A stretch of 64,000 bases of DNA, taken from Balanoglossus misakiensis. Its lineage: Eukaryota; Animalia; Hemichordata. A program made the position numbers and the translations under genes. The stretch's first letter is position 1. Every line of letters starts with the position of its first letter. Positions 13,377 to 26,074 of this stretch are shown here, in pieces. The stretch is from positions 9,379,309-9,443,308 of the forward strand of contig CM082591.2 in NCBI GenBank assembly GCA_040954595.2. The letters run 5' to 3'. The notes under the pieces were generated by a model. The model was not told where the DNA came from, did not search any database, and was given only the letters and a program-made list of their open reading frames with translations.

Positions 13377-15676
13377 AGAAGATGACATAGGACAAGTCAC
13401 TATGTAGCTGTTAGTCTGTTACAGACTTTTAGTGTATGGGAACATACATGTACTTTATTGAACACACTCTGCATCTGAAGTGTATGTAATAAAAGCATGT
13501 GATTGTTACTTAAAATACAGTGAGGTGTGATTTTCTTGTTTGTATTTTGGTTAATGTTACTTTGTCTGTTCTAGACATTGTCATTGTTTTTGTTTGTTTT
13601 GTTTGCAGCCTGGTCAGAAGTCTGAGTCCCAAATGTTTGAAGTTGTCATCCATGACCTAAGAAAAAGTGGAGCAAACCATAGACGGCTTCTGTTGCAGTG
13701 ATTCAAATACTTTGAGATGAACGGTCGACCCAGCATAAACAGCATATACAACTTCAGCACCGAAGTTTTCTGAGAAAGATGACAAAACTTTATTTTTCCA
13801 TATTTTAAACAAACCTGACCCATTAAAGTTACCAAAATATGTTAGAATTTCTTTGGATGTTGAACGGTTTTTCAACCCAATATTGGAAAAAATCTTAGGA
13901 ACCTAAAATGATCTCATGAATATTAATGAGCTTGAGTTGTGTGAAGTTAATCAGATCCACCGTATATATATTCCTATGTAAACTGTCAACCACAGTTAAG
14001 GTGTTTTCGACTGCCTATCGTGTACTAAAGTGTGTAGAATAATATCACACTACGAAATTAGAACTCTGAATCGGGCAATATTATTATCATTTCGCGTTTT
14101 TTTCGGTACATCGTCCGAGCTGTTGATTTATAATTACTATAATTTGTAGGAACATACATTCAGAACGATTGCATCGCATCGCCGCTAACGCGGAAGTGAG
14201 TTACCGCTGTTAATATGTAAACAGATTGACATCGGCGATGTAAACGTGGCGAAATTTACATGGATATTGAAGGGGTTATTTTATTCTTCACGGAAAATAT
14301 TGTTTTCGCCGTTATAAAGTCCGTTAAAATTTAAATATTTAATGAGAAAGTGGGAAAATGACGATTTTCTGCACTTCCGCACTCGATCTTCTTCAAATTT
14401 TCTGTGTAAGCATTCCTGAACTTTGGCCTTATCATCCTGGGCATTGATTAGTTCAGATTTTGGATCAAAGCATTTTATATAGCAGTGTACAGGACAGATA
14501 AGGGGGTGGCTTCTTTGTTGTTGACATAGTCGACATATTTGCCGTTGGTGGCGTAATTAACATTTTTCCCATTGTGCTTTGCGTGACAATAGGGGTCATG
14601 CAGGTCATGGGCGATCGATTAGATTGTCAAGGCGCTTATGGCGGCGAACGCTCGTGTGAGGAGAGATCACAACAAGTGATGACTCATAGAGGAGGAAGCA
14701 CAGCATGTGATGACTCATCTAACCTGTCCACTTACCTAGACATTTAGGACAGCACTGCCCTGGTACACTTGCAAAATTAGAACATGTTGTGGCTTCACAC
14801 ACTGTTAAATTACAAGTCACAGTACCATCCTGTAAATACAAATTATTTAATGGGTTATTATTATAGAAATTATGGACGACCATTGACCCTGACCCTGACC
14901 ATTGATACTTTTAATAGTAAAGGAATGTATGTGTGCACCAATGTTCATGATGCATGTAGACTAGACAATGTATACCTTGCTATGCACTCCATTTATATGT
15001 TTTGTTGTATCTCTCTTTTGGAAAAAATCTAAATGTACCCCCTTTGCATATGGGCCGGCGGCCTTAAAACGCAAATAAAAGATTATTATTACTAGACAAT
15101 GTTTCTCCTACGTGTATTAGTGGAACATTTTTGTTTCGGTTATAAGGTCTCTGTATACGTATGATTTTTAGTTTGTATGCATTTTTCCACAGCTTATGCG
15201 TACAGTGTAGGTAACTCGAAAAAAAAAACCTTAAGTCTTGGCATGAACACACTGCATGTGCTTATAACAATCAAAGCCAAAAGTGCTTTAACACAAGATG
15301 TATTCTTCATTTAAAGGACAAAGTCTCTCTTCTTCCCCATTTTTAATTAATTATGTTTGATACAAGACACCGTTTATGTTATTCTACATGTGGATTTATA
15401 GGGAATCGACGTTCAACCACACACTACTTCCATCCCACTTGTAGACGAGAGGGGAAAAACTCGCCAAAATGAATAATCAGTCTCTACCATTTATCCATTT
15501 TGGGCGAGTTTTTACTCTCATATCCTACAAACGGGACGGAAGTTGTGTGTGGTCGAAAGTTGATTCACTACATGTATATATCCACATGTAGAATAACATA
15601 AACAATGTCTTGTATCAAACATCATTAATGGAAAGGGGCAGCTAGAGAGAGACTTTGTGCAGTGATGAGAACTTAC

Positions 15677-18600
15677 AAGACACAGGCAGGATCTACACAC
15701 ATCACCAAGAGGGTTGAAGCGATCACCATCAGCATACAAGATATTATTGTATTCACACAGACTACAGTCTGGACAGCAATCAGAAGCTGTGTACAGTCCA
15801 TGCTCACATGTTACTGGACACTCTAATTCTGTACAGGTAATCTTGGAATCAGGCTGAAAGAGGAACGACAACAATCAGGTTCATACTGTAAAACAGTTTA
15901 CTTTCGCGAGTTGAAATTTTCACGATATCGAGAGAGGCCACTGTTTCGCGAGTATTAATTTTCACATTCTCTTATTTCATTCACTGCATAGTTATTTTCA
16001 AAAAAAAAATTTATGCGACTTTTTATTTTCATGCTATTTTGGCTCTCGCATAGTTCGCGTGAATTTATTGCTCGCGAAAATAACATGTTTTACAGTATTT
16101 TGTATTAGAAAACAGACATAGATATGACTAAGCTCCTGACCAGTAACCTTAAATTGTTTGAGGTATGTACGAGGTCAGATCTACATAGTCGACATCCAAC
16201 ACATTCTCAAAAAAGTGAAGTCTGCTCCAAGGGTTTGCATCAAGCAATCAGTTGCACCTTTTGTTTAATACACAGAAATGACTGAACTGTGAAGAATTTG
16301 ACCAATCAGAAATCTTGTTAGATCTGTGCTACTGCATTCTGTGTTCTTACCTGACAAGTACAGCTCTGACATGGATCATTCCTCTTAAACCATGTCTGTC
16401 CAAATGGATAGATGATTCCGGACACATCTACACACCCTGGAAATTGGTTGCATGTCGGGCAGCATTTACCGGGCAGGAATGTCTGAAACTCGATTGCACA
16501 GGGAAGTTCTGGACACAGTACAGGTTTACATCCTATTTGTCCATCCTGTAATTAAATAATTAAAATTTTGATATTGCTACTAATGCAATACGGACAACAT
16601 AAATAATTCTTTGTTTTGCGTCTTTCCATAAGGTACTATACTTATGCCCAGTTGCACAATGATCACTTCACAGATGATGCTGAAATCATTGCAGACACAT
16701 GCATGGACGGAAGGACAGAAACATTGATTTACTCTTTAAGTTTCCGCATTCCAAAGCATGAACTAACAACACAATTAAATTTTGGAAGTCAACTGCTGTG
16801 GCTGAATTACATTAATATCAGATCATAAATAAATTCTTTGTTTTGCGTCTATTCATAAGTTACTATACTAATGCCAAGTTGCACAATGATCACTTCACAG
16901 ATGATGCTGAAATCATTGTGGACATACATGTGCATGGATGGAAGGACAGACAGGCCTCTATAGGGGGAACTGGGTTGAGAGGATGAATAGACATGTACTT
17001 ACTGAACACCAACAAATTGTACAGTTCTGATTGGCTGGTTTAAACGTCTCACCACTTTGAAATTCATTACCATGAAAGAAACAACTTGCTGGGACTATAC
17101 AATAAAAAAGATAACATTGCAACATAATCAGCAAATGATAGACATAATGGTTAGAAATACTGTATAGTACCAAATTGAACTCCAATGTACATTGATCACA
17201 TACTGTAAAACACTTTATTTTCGCGAGCAATAAATTTTCGCCAAAATAGTGTGAAAATAAAAAGTCGCATAATTTTTTTTAAGATAACGATGCAGTGAAT
17301 GTAATAAGAGAACGTGAAAATTAATACTCGTGAAACAGTGGCCTCTCTTGATATTGCAAAAATTTCAACTCTCGAAAATTAAGTGTTTTACAGTTGTAAT
17401 GCCATGTTTGAACACTTTATCAATGCCCGATTGTGGCTGTATGTAGCGATTCGAAAACATATACATGAACATCCATACAAACCAAGAGAAGACATACCGA
17501 TGCAAATACAAGTCACATGGCTTAACGGTGAGAATTTTAAAGGATAGGGAAAAGGTTTGAAGTATTTTATTGTGGAAAAAAATGTGTGAAATTTGGCAGC
17601 TCTAGAGGCTTTAAATGGTATGGTAAGATCCACATACTGAGAATGCGGAAGAAATGGTTCTCAATATTTCCCTGAAGTTCGGAAAGACTAATCAAGAGAA
17701 AATTTCAAAGTCACCTTCACAGACCGGACAGCATGGTCCCTGGATGGGATTTGCACACGTCACCAAAGGACAGTCATGAACCAAACACATCACACTGCCT
17801 TTCTGGAACAGAGAAAATACATATCATATGAAAGGAGATGCTTCAACATAACTTGTCAGTCAACTAAAATAATAAGCCAAACGTTACAGATAGTAGACTT
17901 TTGATACAAAAATAAAATCTAAATATGAGACTAGAGCCGTAATTGATGAATTTAGTACCACATGAAATCAAGACATACTAGACATTGTGCCAAAAAAAAC
18001 AGCACAGCCGAACAGGGTAGCAGCCATGGTGACCTTTGTGGAACTGGTCACCAAATGGTAATGAATTCAACACAGTTCGATCACTTCATGGTGAGTCTCT
18101 TTCTGACCAGAGGAACAGTGACATGTGATCAGAAATTGACCAATCAGAATGCAATCTTAAGTATAAATGTATCTCATGTGATCAGAAATTGACCAATGCA
18201 GTCTGTCTGGTACTTACCAAACATTGACATTGTGAACATGTGTTGTTCGGATCAATAAATATTTCACCGTCATTTGAAATATAACCATTGTATAAACATT
18301 CTGTTGAAAAGAAATAATGAAAAACATTATCAGGGTAGATGTCTTGGAATAAAAAAATTACATTAAAAATTGCAATTAAATATATGTTGGCACATTTCTC
18401 GCTACCTAATTAAACAATATTTTGTTTGTAAACTGTCTGTGTTTGGACATTGCGGAATTCTTAGGGTCAGGATTACATTTAACCATCAACAATAACAAGG
18501 CTGGGTATATGAAAGATAAAATTTTGTCATTTTAATAGCTGAATGTAATTTTCTTTCAAATTTTACTGACCTGGAAATGGATTATAGTATACCTATCATT

Positions 18601-18916
18601 CCATGGTAGCATGAGTTTCTGCTTTACTACAAATTCATTCTCCCAATCCTGACTAGATTTGAGATGCAGATCATCCTTATGTAAATGAATGCTTCATCAA
18701 TAAACTTGATGACACAAAAGATCTAACTACATGTTCGGTTACCTTGACAACTATGACAACAATGTCCAGGGTTGGGCAATGGATGTGTGCATTCATGTTT
18801 ACATATCTGTTTGACACAAGTTACAATTCCTTCACTACAGGTACAGATTTCACATTCATCAACAGGACTGGTCCATGTAGAATTGTGGTGATATTCTATA
18901 TTGTTGAATACACAAC
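15677..18916 (-). CDS. Six exons encoding tandem von Willebrand factor C domains (kielin/chordin-like fragment)
   Basis: GT-AG exons 18916-18743, 18300-18218, 17802-17715, 17094-17003, 16545-16351, 15853-15677 splice in frame with CxxCxC and CCxxC motifs. No start, signal peptide or terminal exon is found in the window. Confidence 0.85.
16597..16950. repeat. Intronic ~120-bp direct duplication
   Basis: attctttgttttgcgtct..gttgcacaatgatcacttcacagatgatgctgaaatcattg occurs at ~16606 and ~16833. Confidence 0.75.
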
Positions 18917-20278
18917 CTATAGCACAAAAAGATTCGTTTGGAATCAATTATTCTTTGGAAATAATTACCAAGAGCTTTATAATTTTGATTAAATTCCTAC
19001 CACTACTGGGCGTCATACCCATTTAGAGTGTCAAGGCCCTTAAAATATATATGTGCCCTTTTTCTTCTTAAATGTATTTTGACTGTCTTAATTGGCATGG
19101 CTCTCTAACGTACTTAAACAAACTTAGCAGTCTGAGCCCCCTGTAAAATGTACCAAATTGCACTGGTTTGCACTGTATTGGTCTGAGTGTCTTGTATAGG
19201 CCCTACTGAGTAACACACACTTGGCAGTCTAACAGGTCTGGGTGACAGGATTCTAGGCACCCTGGTAATCAAACCAGATTTAACCGACATGCCAGTGTTA
19301 GCGTTAGAGTGGAAAGTTGCCCAAAATTGCATCCATCATTATCTTCATACGACCAATCCCCTGAAATCAATAGGGCTGTATATCACGGAGAAGTATCTGA
19401 TGGCTTCAATTACTAACCTTTACAATGTGGACAGCATTCACCCACAATTTGTTCTGTATATTGGCATGGCAATACAGGGCACTCAGTACATGTGATAACA
19501 TTATTCTGAAATACAACATGACAATTATGGATAACAAATGAAGTCATTGTGAATACCTGGTGTTCATATAGAATATAAAATGAAGAAGCGTTTTTTTTTC
19601 AAAATAGGTTAAAATCACTCATGATTTTCATGAAAATATTAAATCAAGCACTACCGATGTCATACCATTTAAAGTTTCCGGTAGATCAATAAACGAGTCT
19701 TGACCATGAGGACCTCACGGTTTTGTACTGTAGTCATGTACGTACTAGCATTTAAGGTATCACTCATCAAATAATTTCTTGCCATATTAATATCCTGGTC
19801 AACATAATTACATGTCTGCTATCTACCACCACACAAACCGATTACGTGCCTAGCTTCACTATTCACAGCCGTACGTATCACTGTTACCGATCAGGCCTAA
19901 AGAAATACGCGTCGGCAAAAAAGTTATGAAAGTCGCCGAAAATTCGAGTGACAATGCGAGATTTGACTCGAAATGCCTTGAATGGCACACTAAATTTGTC
20001 ATTCATTGTAAAAACTCACCTCAAAAGTTCGTTTTCACTGTGATTTCCCAAAAAATGCCTCAGCAACGTCTGTTTAGAATGCGTTTCTGCTCTGATCTGC
20101 TAGACCTGAAGTTGTACCTTTTGACCCCGTGACATCGCGCAGAGCGTCATGGGTATCTGGAACTGGCGCACTAAATTTGTAATAGAGTCAGCCATATTTT
20201 GTCTATTGATCAATTAATACAGGAAGTTTTTGACTTTGTAAATTTCACACAAATTCACTAGCTGATTCTCTTGAGTTA

Positions 20279-20569
20279 ATGTCTATTTCCAGTGTTAGTA
20301 GTGACACTGCTAGTATAGGAAGAATTAATAACATTGATGATGAAGATGATCCCAATAATATTGAACACAGTGTGCCATTCAAGGTGTTAGGGGTATGTCA
20401 TGACAGGAGAAGACAGGAAATTCTTGAGTGTGGCTACATTAGACTCTATGATCAGAAGCTTCCTGTTAAAGCATGCTTATGGCCAGATCTTACAAACAAA
20501 CTGGACAAGAATGCAATTGCAGTCGACTTGGAACAGCATGTGGGAGGAATTTGTTGTCATGAAAAGTAA
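20279..20569 (+). pseudogene. Truncated HIRAN-like domain ORF, probably a transposon accessory gene
   Basis: HSVPFKVLG...RQEILE...VKACLWPDLTNKLDKNAIAV resembles the HIRAN signature (L.xEPxNxxDxNAIxV); the expected GY motif is lost. Confidence 0.6.
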
Positions 20570-22017
20570 AAAAGTGCTCTAAGACTCAATTCAAAAACAC
20601 TTCTGGAGGAGTTGGGAATTTTTTAAAAGGGTGCATTTTCAAATTACTTTTGGCACATTCAAGGAAATTTCCAGTCCATTAACAAAGTAGACCCTGTGTG
20701 AATGGTTTGTGAACACATTTTGTTCTACTCATGAAAAATTTGTCCTTCCCTCACCTACAATGCCGCCAACTTGACAAGAAGAGGGTCATCATTATGCGAC
20801 TATGTGTATATATTTTGTACCCATTTTGGGTCCTATACTGGATCAATTTAACTTATAACTGTACAGGTATATATTATTTTGGTTTTGCCTAATTAAATGA
20901 GTTGAACAAAATACAAAATGTGTGAAGTTTACGTTATATGATTAATGCTCGTTGAGGTGCCTAGCATTACATGTGTGTTACCTACAGCTCAGTGAACCAG
21001 ACCTTGCCATTTACACACCATGTACACATTTAACAGTAGCTTGGATAATTAGCATAAATTGCCATTTTGTTCGCTGTGTAGAATAACCATTAGTCTTCTA
21101 TAGTTTGGGTTTACAGAAACTTATAAGGAATTTTGTACTGGAAAAGAAAATCAAAGTGAGACAGGAAAAAGACTATCATGACAGGAGGAGACAGCTTGAT
21201 ACTACTGCCTCAATGATGGACCAGAGAGCATTGACTAGTACTTGTATTGATTTATAAAATATGCTGTTTAAAATTGTGACATATATTTGCTTCCATCAAC
21301 TGGGGAAAGTATATGGTAAAACCGTTTATTTTGACAGTTCATTCATGTATTTTGCCACATTAAAATACTACAGTCGAGCCAGTCCACATGACAGGATATA
21401 GATGTAATAGAAAAAAGGGAGAAATTGTCAAAGCATTTCAACAGGCATTTCAACTGATCCTGAATGTTGATTTTTCTTTTAAAAATAACAGTACACAATA
21501 AATTGATCATCAACTACAATATAACATAAAAACACTAAGATGTCTAGGGGTGTTTTTGAAGAGAGCAATATCTAAAATTTATAATCTAAAATAGAAAAAA
21601 TTATGACCTGAAAGTTTTTGCTTTGGTCAGAGCGATTCTGTTAAATAAGGACATGCACCCAGGTCATGGAATTCTCCCGACATTAAAAAGGTTTTTGGCT
21701 GCCTAGGTGGGTGATAGAAATCTCACATAGTCGACACAATTTCAAGATGGCTGATTTTTGCCATGTTTAAGGAAAAGGAGTTTATAAGCTAAAGTGATGA
21801 TGGGTCATTCTGAAACTTTTTAACATCAAAAATAACCAAATGTTAAAAAAGTTTAATGGGTTTAAAATGGTAACTACAAAGACAAACATGTTTGACCCAA
21901 GGAAGTCATGAAATACAGTAAACATATCATTTCTTCTATCTGTTACTACACTGGGTTGTCGACTTTTCGACCAGAATGCAATGTGATTTGACCCCCTAGC
22001 GCAAAGTGAAAACCTAT

Positions 22018-25000
22018 TTAAGGCAGCCACAATTGGGGGTAGACATTCTTGGGCCTGAAAAAATTGTGCCCGTACTGTGAGTGACCCTCTTTGTGGTACT
22101 GATGCCCTGTTGGCATGAAAAACAGCAGGGTCGGCTCTCCTTCGAATCTGGACTCTATCAAGCCTTTCCACTTCACCTGAGGGTTGGTTGAATGAAGGCA
22201 ATGGTCCTAAGTTGAAGCGTGTATCACTCACGGTCCAGTAGTAATATGGTAAATCTGGGTCCACTCTTTTCGTAAATTCATTGCATATTTTTCTGGAAAA
22301 AATAATATGTATAGGAGAGTGCACCAAAATGACCCCAAGTTATAAATGAATGTAATGATAGTATACAGTTCCCTGAGCAGTGATGTGACAAGTTTTGTGA
22401 TAGTTGGACATAACAGTCATGGCACCAGTCATTTGCATATGAATGTGTTTTTTGGTAATTATATTCATTATACCCAGTAATATGATGTGTTCAGGTCGGC
22501 ATTGTGACTGATGACTGGTCAACATATATCACTAATTTAGGTAATTGCTTACTTGTAATTATCACGGAAAGTTTTGTGGTCAAAGACTGGACCCAGCATT
22601 GAATGAATGAGAGAAACAAATCCCTCCACATCATCTGTCGTACTAGCTCTAGGATGTTCTGGCAGCCCTCCTTGATGACGTCTCCATTCTGCACTTTCAA
22701 TGTTGGCAATCAAAGCAAATATAATTTCTCTCATCAACCCACATATACCCTTGATTGGTCTGTAAAGAATTACATGTAGTTATCAACCACTAGGCATTTA
22801 TGCAAGCAAAAGAACTTCTCTGAAATATCAACCCAGTAACAGTTTGGTAACATAAAATCAGACCTGTTTAGAAAAGAGAGGATATTTGCAGAATAAAAGA
22901 CAGTCATTATTGACTTGCTGGCTTTTTGACATACCTAAGGGGATCAATAGTACTGTAATCAGGATTGTAATGATGCCAGGGCATCCAGTCATCCAAGATG
23001 GAGTTCAACATATCTTTGTTGAACTTCCTCCTTTCTTCTTTAGTAATCCCTCTGCCATCTGCTGCTTTGTGCCAGTTGCTGACAAGTTTGACAAATCTGC
23101 CTTTTTCTTCATACCCGTGTATGTAAGTCCTATCACAAAATAGACACAGAATTTAATTTCTGAGTAGTTAAACAAAAATGTACAGTTCCAGTGTATTATT
23201 TGTTTGTTCTGTATTCAAAGTGTGGTTACTGCATTGCATAAAGGATTTTGAAAATATTAGGAAACACATGAAAATGTCAAAATTAGTAATTCTCCCTTTT
23301 AAGTTTTATTCACTGCTTATGGCCAACCCCACTGAATGGAAATATGATAATTGCCTTAAACAACAAAATGGGTCATTGCATTTGACATGCATTGCATCAC
23401 AGGGAAGGTCTGACACAAAGTGCAAGATTCAAGTTACATGAGTTTGCCAATGTTTATTAAAGAAAATGAATGTACATATATTTACACACCTGGAGTGTTT
23501 CAACAAATTTTCTGACATCAATGTTGGGTATCGTACCAGCATGGACACAGGGAGCTATTCTCTCCAGCACATGACAGTGGTCCTCTCTAGCATGTTCTAC
23601 AATTCCAGTATGGGATTCAAGGACATAAAGATGCTTTAGAAAAATCTACACCATCAGCCTTTAATACCTTGATTTTGTGGCAGAATAAATAGATGGTAAA
23701 CAAAGCCTTCAAACAGTCTGACATGGTCTCCGGTTTACCTGAAATGTAATAGTAAAACGCTGTCACAGTCTTTATAGCCCCATGAACTGTACACTATATT
23801 TAGATTTTAGTAATAGTAGTTGAACTTGGTGTTCTTACATATAGAGGACTGAAAGTTGCAAGTTGTAATTTTATCAAAAACAAAAGATAATTAAATCGTG
23901 GCTCAAATACCCATTAAATCGTCACAAGCAATTAATAAGTTTATGCATAATTTATGAGTTGGATAATGTTTAAACAGTTGCAGTTGATGGGTGTTTAAAT
24001 TTATGGAAACAATTGCTTTTGGCAAGCAAAAAATTAAACATGTTACTAACCAGCAATCCAAGGAAGAGGGTCATATCCATGAGGAAACAGTCTTCTCTTC
24101 AATATCATGATGGCATCTTCGAAACTGCAGTTGTTGTCACTCATGAATGTTGCTAACCATTCAACATCAGTTCTTGGTACTGCTGGATGTATTAATAATG
24201 GCTGTACACACTCTCCGTTACCTATATTTATGAAAACATTCTAAATTTTTAACCCAAATTGTTAAGCTCAACACATTCTTTGTTTCAATCAAGAATCTTC
24301 TAAAAAATCCCCTGAAACACAAAGAGTGTGCATTTAGAACTATCAAGGACAAAAACCATCTGTTTGAAAAACTCAATTTTAGGTGTAAGATACTGCGCTA
24401 TTTGCGAATGTGTTGTATTTGCTTCCGTTCTGGCCAGCTTGATTATTTCTACAATTGAAATTGGAAAATTATCCCTTCCTCGTGTCCTGAGGGAGTTGAA
24501 CTCTCCATCGGTAGTAAATCCTAAAATGTAAAAAAAAAATAAAGAAAAATGTATGTTGCCATGTGAATAAAGAAACAAACAGATCTTGAAATTTTGACTT
24601 GTTCATGACTTGATGTACAGCCATGGTTAAAATTTTACCTCACATATGGTATATGATAAAATCTGTTTAGCCTTGATACATATTGTGGCACGCAGCACCT
24701 CTAGTGCAAAAATAGTTATTGGGACAATATTAGCCTAGAACCATGGGATACATGTGTAGAAGTCTTAACTCGAAATACTAACCAAACACAGTCATTCCAA
24801 GGATTTCCGTTTTCAGTCTAAGTTCCTCTTTCAGCTGTCTCATTTTCTCATCGGCTATTGTCTGAGTTGGAAGAACTCGTACAGGGACTGCATATGGCTT
24901 GTAGTTACGTCTTTCATCAGAAACCATAAACACCAAAAGATGGCTAGCAGCTTCTCTTTTCTTCATTAACAGTCCTTTGGTGTAGTCCAGCAAAGTTTCT

Positions 25001-25369
25001 TTGACTTGAGGTAGCTCCAGTCTGACATTGACATTGTCATTCTCTTGCAATTGTTGGAGTTTGTCTATTAATGACAACCGCGTGTCCGACAGTTGCTTAT
25101 ATCCCTCAATTCCCAGGCTAAAGCAAAAAATGCCTCTTCTCTCACTCGTAGCTGTCTCTGTTTTTTCTTGTACTCTGTCTGTGCTTTCTCATACCCTTCA
25201 TGCAGGAACTCGTTGTCTTCATCCAAGGAAGCTATTAATACTTCCACATCTTGCTGAAAAGTGTTCAAAACTGCCTAGTTCCCTTTCCCAATTGATTTGA
25301 TGAAATCTACTTTCCTTCTGTATCTTTCATACAAGGTTTGCAGTGACCTGTCCCCTGTGTCAACATCTC
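22018..25369 (-). pseudogene. Decayed multi-exon P-element-like DDE transposase, 5' truncated
   Basis: Exonic motifs in order: GDVDTGD, ASHLLVFMVSD..PYAVPV (cf. P-type A..ALVFM..W.QPV), GFTTDGEFNS (D), EDHCHVLERI (DxxH), NWHKAADGRG..ILDDWMPWH, EHPRASTTDDVEGFVS (cf. QD.LE.FFS, E), DPDLPYYYWT; multiple frameshifts. Confidence 0.7.
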
Positions 25370-26074
25370 CTGAAATTGATTCACAAATTTAAACAAAACA
25401 TATCACACAACAACAACCACAAACTCAAATTATGACCCACATGATAAGCTATCAAACCATTATAAACAAACAAAAAAACAAAATTCACTTCAATAAAGGA
25501 ATAGGAATTTATAAGAAAAAATAAATAGAAATGTGTAGAAACTGTACAAATTATAAATGCAGAAAATATCTGATGTGTGTTCTGAATATGTATTTTAAAT
25601 GAACATATTTACCTAAACTGGGGCCATGCAACTATTAATTCCACTGATTCAAATAATGCAATATCTGCCCAAAGCATTTTATTCTTGATTTGGACATTTC
25701 GAAAAATGCATTTTACCTGAACAAACATGACAATGCTAAAGGTATATGGTCATCTATGCACATATACCTACGGTTACCATGGCAAATTGAGCTTAAGCCA
25801 ATCACAGATTTTCAGTGCGTGGCACACGCGAAAAAAGAGCGCCGCCTTATGTTCTTTAGAACACTCAAGTACGCCATTTCTGACATATATGGGCGTATGT
25901 AAATTGGAGGTGACTGTATACCTGTAATGTTGACCACTGAATTTTAGTCTCCTCCAAATGTCAATTGTAAAATAACACATTAAAAGGTGAAATAATCAAT
26001 GAAAGTTATTGCCACTGTCCCTCTAAGTATTTTGTCCAGACTGAAAATTCAATTATAATTTTCATGTCGCCACA

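Noticed and set aside
9980-15060. Intact ProtoRAG (RAG1L plus RAG2L with RSS-like TIRs)
   Set aside because: No convergent kelch/PHD ORF and no heptamer/nonamer ends were found; the motifs are Chapaev-like and the gene is broken
5518-15853. In-frame VWC-EGF-MED25 fusion protein
   Set aside because: Exon phases are incompatible and direct splicing gives early stops
19114-19360. Possible further exon of the VWC gene
   Set aside because: An acceptor-like site is present, but no frame gives a Cys-patterned open exon
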